A program made the position numbers and the translations under genes. From Clostridia bacterium (GTDB lineage Bacteria; Bacillota; Clostridia; Oscillospirales; CAG-382), in assembly GCA_017561145.1 (NCBI GenBank), contig JAFZDO010000001.1:2935-66934 (forward strand): a stretch of DNA of 64,000 bases. Reading direction: 5' to 3'. Under the pieces are notes generated by a model. That model saw nothing but the letters and a program-made list of their open reading frames with translations. It was not told the DNA's origin and searched no databases. Numbering within the stretch: position 1 is the first letter of the stretch; every line of letters begins with the position of its first letter. This document shows, piece after piece, positions 9,391-19,376 of this stretch.

Positions 9391-10245
9391 TCATATCGCG
9401 ATGTCCGCAATGATAGCGGCAGCGCCTATAATTACGCAGTATACCGAAAATACCGCAAAGCCTTTGTTTTTGGAAATATACTGAAGCAGCTTGATCGCAA
9501 AAAAGCCGACTGCCGCCGCGGTAACCGCGCCTACGATCACCGGCAAAAGCATACCCTCCGACATACCCTCCGCAAAAAGGTCGGGTAATTCGGTAACGCA
9601 AGCGCCGAGGATCGCGGGGATCGACATCAGGAACGAAAATCTTACCGCCTCCTCGCGGGAAAGGCCGAATATTCTGCCGCCCGTAATTGTCGAGCCCGAA
9701 CGGGATATACCGGGCATTATGCCGAGAAGCGCCTGAACAACGCCGACGCCCAAGGGCCTTAAATATCCGCCGTTTTCAGCGGAGAGGTCGGTCGATCTCA
9801 AGCGGTCGCTTACAAAAAGCATCACGCCGTTGATGATAAGCAGAATGCCGATCATCCAAGAAACGGTGCTTATCTCCTCAACAATTTCGTCGAGCCCCAA
9901 AAGCTTGACGGGAACAAGCGGAAGAGTTGCGATACAAAGCATCAGGAAAAGCTTTTCGCCCGAATCAAGCCCTTGCTTGATCTTGCCGGTAAACAGCTTT
10001 TTCATAAGCGAGAAAAATCCCAAGAAAAGCATAAGCACGTCCTTGCGGAACACTACGCAAACCGAAAGGAGCGTTGCCAGATGAAGCGCGATATTGAAGG
10101 CAAAGCCGTTTTCGGCCTGAGTTCCGAAAAAGTTTTGCGCCAGAGCAAGGTGTCCCGAGCTCGAGATCGGCAAAAACTCGGCGATACCCTGAATAATTCC
10201 GTATACGATTGCCTCGATCACGCCCATGATTATACCTGCTTTCAC
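9391..10245 (-). CDS. uppP: undecaprenyl-diphosphate phosphatase
   Basis: BacA/UppP signatures IIQGIAEFLPISSSGHL and PGISRSGSTI in a polytopic membrane protein. The start could instead be the ATG at 10227 (MGVIEA). Confidence 0.9.
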   Translation of the reverse strand: MKAGIIMGVIEAIVYGIIQGIAEFLPISSSGHLALAQNFFGTQAENGFAFNIALHLATLLSVCVVFRKDVLMLFLGFFSLMKKLFTGKIKQGLDSGEKLFLMLCIATLPLVPVKLLGLDEIVEEISTVSWMIGILLIINGVMLFVSDRLRSTDLSAENGGYLRPLGVGVVQALLGIMPGISRSGSTITGGRIFGLSREEAVRFSFLMSIPAILGACVTELPDLFAEGMSEGMLLPVIVGAVTAAAVGFFAIKLLQYISKNKGFAVFSVYCVIIGAAAIIADIAI

Positions 10246-10360
10246 TGCTTTCTGCTCTATGCATACTCTTATGCATATTCTTCATTATAACGATATATTC
10301 TTAAAATGTCAAGTTAATTGTAGCATCGTCACAGGTGTCGCGCTACGACAAAACATGCGA

Positions 10361-10389
10361 TTGACAAACAGCTTCTTTTAGTGTATAAT
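10361..10389 (+). promoter_or_regulatory. sigma-A type promoter for the 10429-12711 operon
   Basis: TTGACA (10361-10366), a 17-nt spacer, then TATAAT (10384-10389) with an extended TG at 10382-10383. Confidence 0.6.
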
Positions 10390-10428
10390 CGGGTGTAATT
10401 GATTTGAATTTATTAAGGAGATGAGCTT

Positions 10429-11403
10429 TTGTCCTCTGCTTTTAAAAACTTTTTCATCACCTTCGCAATATGCCTTTTGGTGTTTGCCTTCGTCGGGTTC
10501 ACGTTCGTTTACGATTGGCTTCTCGACGTGCTCAATTTCAGCGATATGAACGAAACCTCCGAAACGGTATCGAACGACGTTTCCGGTGAAACCTCCGAGG
10601 AGCAGTCCGAAGCCGTTGTTCCCGATACGGGCATTGATGAAAACGGCGACGTTTTCACGGCGTTCGTCATGTGCGTCGACTCCGAAGGCAAGATGCTCAA
10701 CGGCGTGTTTATCGATTCCAACGGAAAAAGCAAGCAGTTCATTTACTGTCCCGTTTCCGCAAACCTTAAAACCACCAACGAGATCGGCGTGAACGTTCCC
10801 TTGTACGATCTTTTCACAACGTTGTCGCCCGATGAGATCGCACAGTGCGTTTCGACTCTTACCGGCATCAGCACCGATTACTGTCTGCGCTTCGACCGTG
10901 AGGGCTTGAAATCGATCGTGAAATCCATTCCCGGCGCATACGTGGAATTGGGCTCTACCGAAACGGTCACCGTTGTAAATCCCATTTACAGCACCTACGT
11001 TCCCGAGGACGGGATGCCCTACCCCGAGGATTATTATATCACGATCCAAAACAATCCCGACGGAAAGGTGCTTTTGAACGAGCTTGTCGGAAACCGCACC
11101 GCGCTTGAATGGCTTTTGGAATACAACCCCAACTTCAACGGTGCCGAATACAACGCGCTCTACACCAAGATCGCAAAGTCGATCATCCGTCAGTTCCTTA
11201 CTCAGGAAAACGCGATGAAGAGCACCGAAATTATGGCGATGCTCATTGCCAACTGCGAAACCAACCTTACCCTGGACCGTGCCTCCGAGCACCTCGACAC
11301 CATCTTTTCCTACAACACCTTCAAGCGTCACGAGATCAATTACCCCTCCAACTGGGAGCAGGCGGTTGACAGACTGCGCGAGCTTGACGGCTCTTTCAAA
11401 TAA
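10429..11403 (+). CDS. membrane-anchored protein, weakly LytR-CpsA-Psr (LCP)-like
   Basis: TTG start 8 nt after AAGGAG, with an N-terminal TM anchor (FFITFAICLLVFAFVGFTFVY). The ectodomain resembles the LCP fold only loosely (STDYCLRFDREGLKSIVKSIPG), so the family call is tentative. Confidence 0.4.
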   Translation: MSSAFKNFFITFAICLLVFAFVGFTFVYDWLLDVLNFSDMNETSETVSNDVSGETSEEQSEAVVPDTGIDENGDVFTAFVMCVDSEGKMLNGVFIDSNGKSKQFIYCPVSANLKTTNEIGVNVPLYDLFTTLSPDEIAQCVSTLTGISTDYCLRFDREGLKSIVKSIPGAYVELGSTETVTVVNPIYSTYVPEDGMPYPEDYYITIQNNPDGKVLLNELVGNRTALEWLLEYNPNFNGAEYNALYTKIAKSIIRQFLTQENAMKSTEIMAMLIANCETNLTLDRASEHLDTIFSYNTFKRHEINYPSNWEQAVDRLRELDGSFK

Positions 11404-11421
11404 AACAAAAGGATCAAGACT

Positions 11422-12711
11422 ATGAGCAAAGAGTATTCTCCCGCTACAAAATGCATACATTCGGGTTATCATCCCGCAAACGGCGAGCCCTTGGCTTTGC
11501 CGATATATCAGAGCACGACCTATTCCTATTCCTCCCCCACCGACATCGGCAAGCTTTTTGACCTTACCGCAGACGGCCATATGTATTCGCGCATTTCCAA
11601 CCCCACGGTTGCCTGCGTCGAAGAAAAGATCGCCGATCTTGAAGGCGGTATCGGTGCGCTTTGCACGAGCTCGGGACAGGCGGCAAGCTTCCTTGCGATC
11701 GCAAATATCGCCTCCGCAGGCGACCACATCCTCGTTTCCTCGAAGATCTATGGCGGTACCACAAACCTTTTCAACGTAACGCTCAAGCGCTTCGGTATCG
11801 ATTGCACGTTTTTCGATCAGGATCTTAGAAGCGACGAAATAGAAGCACTTATCCAACCCAACACCAAGCTTATCTTCGGTGAAACGATTGCAAACCCCGC
11901 GCTTTCGGTCTTTGATATCGAAAGGATCGCCAACGTTGCCCACAAAGCAGGCATTCCGCTTATCGTGGATAACACCTTTGCAACCGGCGTGCTTTGCAGG
12001 CCTATCGATTTCGGTGCGGATATCGTTGTGCTTTCCACCACGAAATATATGGACGGTCACGCGGTACAGCTCGGCGGCTGTGTTGTTGACAGCGGTAATT
12101 TCGACTGGACTCAGAACGATAAGTTCCCGGGTCTTTGCACTCCCGACGAATCCTATCACGGAATAGTTTATACCGAATCCTTCGGCAAGCTTTCCTACAT
12201 CACCAAAATGCGCGTTCAGCTTATGCGCGACTTCGGCGTTTACCCGACCGCTCAGGCGGCGTTCCTTCTCGACCTCGGTATGCAAACGCTCGACGTACGT
12301 CTTGACCGCCACTGCAAAAACGCTTATACCGTTGCAAAATTCCTTGAAGAAAGCGGTTACGCGGAATACGTTAACTATGCGGGACTCGAAAGCAACAAAT
12401 ACAATGAGCTTGCAAAGAAATATCTTCCCAAGGGCTGCTGCGGCGTAGTTTCGTTCTGCATCAAGGGCGGAAGAGAAAAGGCGGAAAGGTTTATGAACTC
12501 GCTTTCGCTTTTCGTAAACGCCGTTCACGTTGCGACCGTTCATTCCTGCGTGCTTCACCCCGCAAGCTCGACACACCGTCAGCTTAGCGACGAAATGCTT
12601 GTTAAAGCAGGCATCGATGCAGGTCTTATCCGCATCTCGGTCGGTATCGAAAGCATCGAGGATATTCTTGCCGACCTCAAGCAGGCGCTTGAATCTGCTT
12701 TCGGCGAATAA
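11422..12711 (+). CDS. metY: O-acetylhomoserine aminocarboxypropyltransferase / sulfhydrylase (PLP-dependent)
   Basis: 429 aa of the Cys/Met-metabolism PLP family, with N-terminus ATKCIHSGY and PLP-lysine motif STTKYMDGH. Its length is typical of OAH sulfhydrylases. Confidence 0.88.
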   Translation: MSKEYSPATKCIHSGYHPANGEPLALPIYQSTTYSYSSPTDIGKLFDLTADGHMYSRISNPTVACVEEKIADLEGGIGALCTSSGQAASFLAIANIASAGDHILVSSKIYGGTTNLFNVTLKRFGIDCTFFDQDLRSDEIEALIQPNTKLIFGETIANPALSVFDIERIANVAHKAGIPLIVDNTFATGVLCRPIDFGADIVVLSTTKYMDGHAVQLGGCVVDSGNFDWTQNDKFPGLCTPDESYHGIVYTESFGKLSYITKMRVQLMRDFGVYPTAQAAFLLDLGMQTLDVRLDRHCKNAYTVAKFLEESGYAEYVNYAGLESNKYNELAKKYLPKGCCGVVSFCIKGGREKAERFMNSLSLFVNAVHVATVHSCVLHPASSTHRQLSDEMLVKAGIDAGLIRISVGIESIEDILADLKQALESAFGE

Positions 12712-12809
12712 AAATCGGCAAAACTTTTTGGTTAAAAGTGTCGAATAGATATTGAAATTCAAAATCAATTGTGATATAACGATAGTAACAAATACGGAGG
12801 TGTTACATT

Positions 12810-12983
12810 ATGGCATATTCTATCATTAACGACGTTTGCATCGGTTGCGGTACCTGCGAAGCAGAATGCCCCGTAAGCGCAATCTCTGTTGGCGACGACG
12901 GCAAGTACGTTATCGACGCTGATCTCTGCCTCGACTGTGGCGCATGCGCAGGCGTATGTCCCGTTGATGCTCCCCAAGCGTAA
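12810..12983 (+). CDS. fdx: 2x[4Fe-4S] ferredoxin
   Basis: 57-aa ORF below the track cutoff: MAYSIINDVCIGCGTCEAECPVSAISV..DADLCLDCGACAGVCPVDAP. It has two CxxCxxCxxxCP motifs and a GGAGG 9 nt upstream of the ATG. Confidence 0.85.
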   Translation: MAYSIINDVCIGCGTCEAECPVSAISVGDDGKYVIDADLCLDCGACAGVCPVDAPQA

Positions 12984-13120
12984 GAGCAAAAATTAAGGGC
13001 TGAAACCCGATAATGCGTTCATAGGTCATCCCCTATGGGCGCATTATTGTTTTTCGTCCGAAAAATTTAAAGAAATATTTACCGTTTCGACAACCTTTAA
13101 ACGGTATTTGTGATATTATA

Positions 13121-13852
13121 ATGACTGATCTTCATACAAACAAAATCAACGCATCGATAATACTCAAGGAGCCCGACGGCGGCATACGCTTCGGCACCGA
13201 TGCTCTTTTGCTTGCCGATTTTGCGTCCGGTATGAAAAAGGGTATTTGTGTCGATCTGGGCACCGGCTCGGGCGTTATCCCTCTGCTTATGCTTGCGACG
13301 GGAAGCAGATCGGATTTTATCGGGCTTGAGCTTCAGGAAAAATATGCAAAGGTTGCCGCGGAAAACGCAAAAAGCAACAACTTCGCCGAGCGCTTCAACG
13401 TTATATGCGGAAACGCGTCGGACTACCGAACGCTTTTTGAATGCGGCTTTGCGGAAAGCGTTATCACCAATCCGCCTTATATGCGCAACGATTGCGGTGC
13501 CGAAAACGGCGAAGAGGCACTGAACATCGCACGGCGCGAGATTTTGGGCGGCATCGGCAGCTTTTTGAAAGCGGCGGCGTGGTGTCTTAAAAGCGGCGGA
13601 AGCTTTTTTGCGGTCTACCGCCCCGACAGACTCGTAAACCTTCTGTTCGAAATGCGAAGCAATAAAATTGAGCCGAAACGGTTGCGTGCGGTCGTCCCCT
13701 CGGTCGGCAAAAAGCCGTCGCTGATACTCGTCGAGGGCAGAAAGGACGGCAAGGAGGGGCTCGTTTACGAAAACGACCTTATAATCTATGCCGACGGATC
13801 ACATTCGGTACAAACCGAGGAAATGCAGAAAATTTACAAAAAATTCGAATAA
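13121..13852 (+). CDS. SAM-dependent methyltransferase, tRNA (adenine-N6)-methyltransferase (TrmN6/YfiC)-like
   Basis: Motifs are IRFGTDALLLADF, SAM motif I VDLGTGSGVI and motif IV VITNPPYM. Confidence 0.7.
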   Translation: MTDLHTNKINASIILKEPDGGIRFGTDALLLADFASGMKKGICVDLGTGSGVIPLLMLATGSRSDFIGLELQEKYAKVAAENAKSNNFAERFNVICGNASDYRTLFECGFAESVITNPPYMRNDCGAENGEEALNIARREILGGIGSFLKAAAWCLKSGGSFFAVYRPDRLVNLLFEMRSNKIEPKRLRAVVPSVGKKPSLILVEGRKDGKEGLVYENDLIIYADGSHSVQTEEMQKIYKKFE

Positions 13853-13867
13853 AGAAAGTTATCTTGA

Positions 13868-16800
13868 ATGTTTAAAAGAACGCTGGCTACGGTTTTGATA
13901 ATTCTCACCGTACTGCCTGCCGTGATCGCGGCAGGGAGCGTTCTTTTTGCGCCCTTTAACGGCTTTACCGTCTTTGACGACGCTTGGGAAAATTCGATAA
14001 ACGCCGCTTTGGGCAACGCGGACGAAAGCGCAGCTCCGACAAGTCCGCTCCCCGAAGGAGACCGTTATATCGTAAGATTCAAGGACAGCGTCCCTCTCTC
14101 GGCGATAGAAAAGGCGCTTGACGGAAAGGATTTCCGCCAGCTTGCCGAAAGCGAGCAAAGGCTTTTCGCTATCACCGACGAAAACAAAGAATTCATCGAA
14201 AAATACGACGCTATTATCGAATACCACGAATCCGACCTTGTCCGCGAAGCGCTTGCGGTAACCTCCGATGCGGCGCTCCTGCCATCCTTTGAGCAGAGCG
14301 GCATTTACAACGCCTGGGACAGAGTTACGGCAAAAAGCAACGTTATCGTGGCGGTTCTCGACACCGGTGTTGACCGTACTCACGAGGACCTTGCCGATGC
14401 GAATATCCTTCCCGGCTACGATGCGGTTACCAAAACGGCATCCGTCAACGACGACGCAGTCGGTCACGGCACGGGCGTTATCGGTCTTATCGCGGCGACC
14501 GCAAACAACGGCATCGGTATCGCCGGCGCGGCGCACGGCGTTACAATCTTGCCGATAAAGGTTTCTGCAAGCAGTACTACCATATACTCCTCAGACCTTG
14601 TTTCGGCAATACGCTTTGCCGCAAACTCGGGCGCTAAGATAATCAATATGTCGGTTGGCGGACTTTCATATTCCTATGCCGAGCAGGAAGCGGTAAATTA
14701 TGCCGTTTCAAAGGGCTGCATCCTTATTTCCGCTTCGGGTAACGGCGGTCTGCTTCCCTATAAGGACAAGAAAAGCTATCCCGCCTCCTACGAGGGTGTT
14801 ATTTCGGTTGCATCCTGTAATGCCGACGGCGAAAGAAGCGAATTTTCGCAGTATAACGATATGGTCGACGTTGCGGCACCCGGCGAGGCTTTAACGATGC
14901 CGATCGTCGAGGACGGTGTCTCGGCATACCGCATCGATTCGGGCACGAGCTATTCCTGCGCTATCGTCAGCGCGATCGCGGCGCTTGCGGTATCGGCTTG
15001 CGACGAAGGAATAAGGCTTGACAGCGATGAATTTTTATCGCTTATTATGAACACCTGCAACAAGACCCGCAACGACGAGCTGGGCTATGGCGTTATCAAC
15101 GCAGTCCCGATCGTTGAAGCGGCAAATCTCCCGATAATTACGGGCGTTACCGACGGCGGAGTTTATAACGACAGCATAAAGGTCGGCTTCAACCGAGGTA
15201 GCGCAATGCTCGACGGAGAGGAATTCGAAGACGGCGACGCGATAATAGCAAGCGGCAGGCATTCTCTTACCGTTAAAGACGGCGATTTCGAAATAACCCT
15301 TCAATTCAGATTGGAATACGAGCCCTTTTCTTATGAATTCAAGGAGTTTTCGGATTACGCTTATTTCGAATTCAACAAGGGCGTTGCACAGCTTGACGGC
15401 TTTCCCTATACCTCGGGCGAAAAAATAACGCAATCGGGCAGGCACGAATTCGTCATTACGGACGGAAACGAAACCTTCAGAGAAATAATCGATATACGTT
15501 ATTCTCTCCCCGAAGTCTACGGAGTCGAGGACGGCGCGATCTATAACGTCCCGATAGAAATATGCATCGTCGGCGACGGCAAAGCATTTCTTGACGGCAA
15601 GCAGGTTTATAACCGTATAGCAGTTGCCGAGAGCGGTCTGCATACGCTTACCGTCGAAAGCGGAAGCGGCTCTGTGAAAAAGGAGATCAGCTTCGAGATC
15701 GATTTCCCCTATGCAGAGCTCGTCCAAACCGATTACGCGGGCGCAAAAGCCGCGACCGACGAAGAAAACGGTTACGTCTGCATCTACGGCGACTCGCTTG
15801 TCGGTGTAAGGCTTTACGACAAAAACGATCTTTCGCAATATCTGCACTTCATTCCCACAGGGCGGATATATTCGCACAGATTTACCGAAACCGAGCTTAT
15901 TCTCGCAGGTGACGACGGTATCACGGTGATCTCGCGTGCCGATGCGCTGAATCCCGAAGCGGCGGTAACCAAAACCCTTTCGTTTGAGGATATCGCACAC
16001 TACGTATTTGCCGAAGACGCAATTTATGCATTCGGCGGAAGCTCGATCTATACAGTCGACCTCGAGCTTGGCGAGCTTACGTTCGTTTCCAACCTCGGTG
16101 TATACTGTGACAACGCGTATTATTCCGACGGCTTTATCTGTATGATCTCCGAGCGAAGAAACGAAAGAGTCTTCGTTTACGACGTTGCAAACAACAGTCT
16201 TTCCGACTTTTCGCTTGATTTTGCCATCGAAGACAAGCCTATTTGCTTTGAAAACGGATACCTTGCTATCGGCAACAGCCTTTTCAATATTTTGCGTGAA
16301 TCGCTCGTGCTTGAATTTTGCTCATTCAGAGCGGTCGCTATCAGGGACGGCTTGCTTTTCACCGAAAACGCAATTATTGACATAAGCAGCGGAAAGGAGC
16401 TCGGAAGGCTCCCCTTCCTCGCTTCGGACATCGTTTTGGAATCCGACGGAATACGTATCTTCGGCGTCGAGCCGATAACTCTCAAGGTCTCCTCCGATGC
16501 CGAGGGTATTTTCGCCTACGGTGCGGCAGAGCCGAACGACCGTGCATTTTCAAAGCCCGAAAATTCAAACGATTTCCGCCAGACCATGTTTATCGACGGA
16601 AGCTGCAAAACGCTTTCGGCGGCAGCGGGCGAAAACGACGTTTTTGCAATATTCGAGGATAAATACGCCATCTATTCCTTTACCTTTGACGGTCTTTCCG
16701 AAAACGCCCCCGCGGCGTTACGCTTCGAGCCCGAAAAGCTCTTCCTTTCGGGCGGATACGTCACCGTATCGTTTAAAAACGTTCCTTACGTTTACATTGC

Positions 16801-19306
16801 TCCGACAAGCGACGTTTCGGCAGGCTCTTATATCGAGATCCCCTCGAGGGTCGAATCGGCTTGCACGGTAAACGGCATAGTATATATCGTTTCGGGCGGC
16901 AGATTGCATTACTGCCCTGCCGACGGAAGCGAAAAAACGACACTTTCGGTACGTGCGCGTGCGGTTGCGACCGACGGCACAAGAATCTACGTTCTTAACG
17001 GCACGACGCTTTCGGCATACAATGAAAATCTGGAGCTCCTTGCCGAGATCGAAACCAACGACGGCGAGCTTTTCGTTGCAAACGGCGTAATCGTAGGCGG
17101 AACGCTTTACGATACCGCGTTGTTTGCGGAATATGCGAAAATCACCAACCCGATCGATTACGTTTACGATAACGTTTATTTCTCGGGCAACGGCATTTAC
17201 GAAACGGTTTCTTCGCGATTTATCGGCAATCTGGGAATCGCTTCTCCCGATGCGATATGCGCGCGTCCGAGCGGTATGATAATCGCCTTCGGCGGAAGCC
17301 GCATAACCGTTTCGAAATATGCGGATATGCACGATATTATTTCTCCTCCCGTTATCGAGGGCATCGCCGACGGCGGCATTTACCACGGCAGCACGACGGT
17401 GACCTTTACCGAAGGCATCGGGCATATCGATGGCAAAACGATCGAATCGGGCGCCGTGATCACAGAGGCGGGCGTTCACACGTTCGTGCTTACGCTTCCC
17501 TTCGGACAAAGCGTTTCCTTTAGCTTTACTATCGAAGCGCATATCGAAAAAATAGAATTTCTCGTCCCTAACAGAACGATGTCCATAGGCGAAACGATAA
17601 CGCTTCGCATCCGTTTCCTTCCCAACGGCGCAGGCTCGGTCCCCGTGACCTATTCCTGTGATTCCGACGGGCTCGTTATAAACGATATCGGCGAGGTCAC
17701 CGCGCTTCGCACCGGAACCTACACAGTTGTTGCGACGGTCGTTACCGATCACGTTACCCTTACCGCGCAAAACACCATTACCGTAAGAAACGACCTTATT
17801 ACATTTGTTGAAAACAGCGGCATCAGAATCGACCGCGACAACATGCTTCTTTACGGAATCGCACCCGGAAGCAAGGCAAGCGATATAATCGCGCTCCTTT
17901 CGGTCAACAAGGAAGCTTACTTCCTCGATGCAGAGCAGCGCGAGGTCGAGGGCGTTGTTGCAACAGGTCAGTCCCTGGTGCTCTGCGACGAGGACGGAAA
18001 TATTACCGACCGACTCACCGTTGTCATCCACGGAGATACCGACGGCGACGGATATATCACCGCGTACGACCTTTTGACGCTTGAGCGTATGCTTAAGAAT
18101 TATCAGTACGGCATACCTTTTGTTATCGCAGGCGATATAAACAAAAACGGCGTGCTTGCGGATAACGATTTCCGCGCACTGAGAAACATAGTTCTTCACC
18201 GTACGGAGGAAGCGGTCGGCACTCCCGAAACGAATCTTTTCGGCTCGGTCGACGTGCAGACCCTTTCTCACCTTGAAAACGGCGATATAATCGATATCGC
18301 GCTTTGCTTAAACGGCCTGAAGCACGCACGCGGCATCGACGGCGTTATCGAATACAGCGGACTGGAATTTATCGAAAGCGTTTCGACCGGCTGGGACAGC
18401 GATTGCCGTGTTATCGGCGACAACAAGCTCGGTCTGTTTGCCTTTGAACACAGGGGCGAGGAAAACGGAAAAGCATTTTTCGTGCTCGTTTCGCTCCGCT
18501 TCAGAGTCACCGCAAACGCAGGCGAAAGGATAAAGATCTCTTCCTCTGCGCTTACCGCCGCGTTTGAAAGCGGTGCAAAGCAGTTGACCTTCAACGGAAA
18601 CGAATTTACAGTCGGCGAAAAGGCGATCGGCGATTTCAGGATCGATATCCTTAACGCAAAGCCCTTTGAATTCAAGGAAGATAAATACGATTACAAGGAT
18701 ATTACGATCCCCTACGGAAACGCACTTGCGGATATTGCGATAACCCGTCCCGAGCATGAAGCAGTCTCGGTTTCGAGCACCGCTATCCCCGATTCGGACG
18801 CTGTATCTATCACGGTAAGCCGCACGTCTGCAGACGGCGAAACGAAGGTGTATACGTTTAAAGTCCTGCGCGAAGGCGATACGGGAATCGATTCTAACTG
18901 TATGCTCGATTCACTCGAGATCGAAGGCTTTAAGCTCCTCCCCTCGTTCGACCCCTCGGTTACTCAGTACGGTATTTCGGTACCCTTCGGAACCGAAAAG
19001 ATCAACATTCACTGCAAGGCTCAAAACCCGACGGCACAGATCGTTATCGGCGACACGACGCTTAACGCACAGAGCAACGCGATAACGGTGACGGTCATCG
19101 CTCCCGACGGCGAATCGCTCGTTTACACTATTCACGTAACGGTCTTGCCAAAGGAAGAAGAAACGTCGGCTCCCTCTTCCGAGCCGCCCGTCACAGAACC
19201 CGACGACGGCTTATCCTTGCCGATAATCATAGTGTTCATCGCACTCGTTGCACTTACCGTCATCTCGGCTGCGGTGATAATTATCAAGCGCAAAAAGACA
19301 AAATAA
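13868..19306 (+). CDS. cell-surface S8 (subtilisin-family) serine peptidase with Big_2, dockerin, cohesin-like and cadherin-like modules and a C-terminal TM anchor
   Basis: Signal peptide MFKRTLATVLIILTVLPAVIAAG. The triad is VAVLDTGVD / HGTGVIGLIAA / GTSYSCAIVSA. The Big_2-like module reads IGETITLRIRFLP..TGTYTVVATV. The dockerin is DTDGDGYITAYDLLTLERML..GDINKNGVLADNDFRALRNIVL. The cohesin-like module reads GIDGVIEYSGLEFIESV..FFVLVSLRFRVTANAGERIKI. The cadherin-like module reads LDSLEIEGFKLLPSFDPSVTQYGISVP. The TM anchor plus KRKK sits at the end. Confidence 0.88.
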   Translation: MFKRTLATVLIILTVLPAVIAAGSVLFAPFNGFTVFDDAWENSINAALGNADESAAPTSPLPEGDRYIVRFKDSVPLSAIEKALDGKDFRQLAESEQRLFAITDENKEFIEKYDAIIEYHESDLVREALAVTSDAALLPSFEQSGIYNAWDRVTAKSNVIVAVLDTGVDRTHEDLADANILPGYDAVTKTASVNDDAVGHGTGVIGLIAATANNGIGIAGAAHGVTILPIKVSASSTTIYSSDLVSAIRFAANSGAKIINMSVGGLSYSYAEQEAVNYAVSKGCILISASGNGGLLPYKDKKSYPASYEGVISVASCNADGERSEFSQYNDMVDVAAPGEALTMPIVEDGVSAYRIDSGTSYSCAIVSAIAALAVSACDEGIRLDSDEFLSLIMNTCNKTRNDELGYGVINAVPIVEAANLPIITGVTDGGVYNDSIKVGFNRGSAMLDGEEFEDGDAIIASGRHSLTVKDGDFEITLQFRLEYEPFSYEFKEFSDYAYFEFNKGVAQLDGFPYTSGEKITQSGRHEFVITDGNETFREIIDIRYSLPEVYGVEDGAIYNVPIEICIVGDGKAFLDGKQVYNRIAVAESGLHTLTVESGSGSVKKEISFEIDFPYAELVQTDYAGAKAATDEENGYVCIYGDSLVGVRLYDKNDLSQYLHFIPTGRIYSHRFTETELILAGDDGITVISRADALNPEAAVTKTLSFEDIAHYVFAEDAIYAFGGSSIYTVDLELGELTFVSNLGVYCDNAYYSDGFICMISERRNERVFVYDVANNSLSDFSLDFAIEDKPICFENGYLAIGNSLFNILRESLVLEFCSFRAVAIRDGLLFTENAIIDISSGKELGRLPFLASDIVLESDGIRIFGVEPITLKVSSDAEGIFAYGAAEPNDRAFSKPENSNDFRQTMFIDGSCKTLSAAAGENDVFAIFEDKYAIYSFTFDGLSENAPAALRFEPEKLFLSGGYVTVSFKNVPYVYIAPTSDVSAGSYIEIPSRVESACTVNGIVYIVSGGRLHYCPADGSEKTTLSVRARAVATDGTRIYVLNGTTLSAYNENLELLAEIETNDGELFVANGVIVGGTLYDTALFAEYAKITNPIDYVYDNVYFSGNGIYETVSSRFIGNLGIASPDAICARPSGMIIAFGGSRITVSKYADMHDIISPPVIEGIADGGIYHGSTTVTFTEGIGHIDGKTIESGAVITEAGVHTFVLTLPFGQSVSFSFTIEAHIEKIEFLVPNRTMSIGETITLRIRFLPNGAGSVPVTYSCDSDGLVINDIGEVTALRTGTYTVVATVVTDHVTLTAQNTITVRNDLITFVENSGIRIDRDNMLLYGIAPGSKASDIIALLSVNKEAYFLDAEQREVEGVVATGQSLVLCDEDGNITDRLTVVIHGDTDGDGYITAYDLLTLERMLKNYQYGIPFVIAGDINKNGVLADNDFRALRNIVLHRTEEAVGTPETNLFGSVDVQTLSHLENGDIIDIALCLNGLKHARGIDGVIEYSGLEFIESVSTGWDSDCRVIGDNKLGLFAFEHRGEENGKAFFVLVSLRFRVTANAGERIKISSSALTAAFESGAKQLTFNGNEFTVGEKAIGDFRIDILNAKPFEFKEDKYDYKDITIPYGNALADIAITRPEHEAVSVSSTAIPDSDAVSITVSRTSADGETKVYTFKVLREGDTGIDSNCMLDSLEIEGFKLLPSFDPSVTQYGISVPFGTEKINIHCKAQNPTAQIVIGDTTLNAQSNAITVTVIAPDGESLVYTIHVTVLPKEEETSAPSSEPPVTEPDDGLSLPIIIVFIALVALTVISAAVIIIKRKKTK

Positions 19307-19310
19307 CAAC

Positions 19311-19347
19311 AAAAGAGAAGATCTTATTACTTCAGATCTTCTCTTTT
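19311..19347. terminator. bidirectional intrinsic terminator between convergent genes
   Basis: 14-bp perfect stem AAAAGAGAAGATCT / AGATCTTCTCTTTT with a 9-nt loop. Confidence 0.75.
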
Positions 19348-19376
19348 GTTATTTGTTATGCATCAAATAAAACGGC

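Noticed and set aside
10378-12768. 796-aa ORF on the minus strand, the longest unexpected ORF in the track
   Set aside because: It is exactly codon-aligned antisense to two plus-strand genes that happen to share a frame (10429 and 11422 are both frame 1). Antisense stops in that register require sense TTA, CTA or TCA codons, which this genome visibly avoids. The plus-strand products have clear homology signatures (the PLP-lysine motif of MetY), while the minus-strand product is low-complexity with no motif.
16718-18271. Other long antisense ORFs: 16718-18271, 15035-16000, 1517-2428, 7936-8982, 19749-20741, 46085-47053, 50714-52057, 38656-39261 and 62618-63334
   Set aside because: The same codon-aligned antisense artefact, this time opposite well-supported genes (S8 peptidase, ftsK, argF, argG, clpE-like and others). 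Their translations are R/G/A/V-rich with no recognisable domains.
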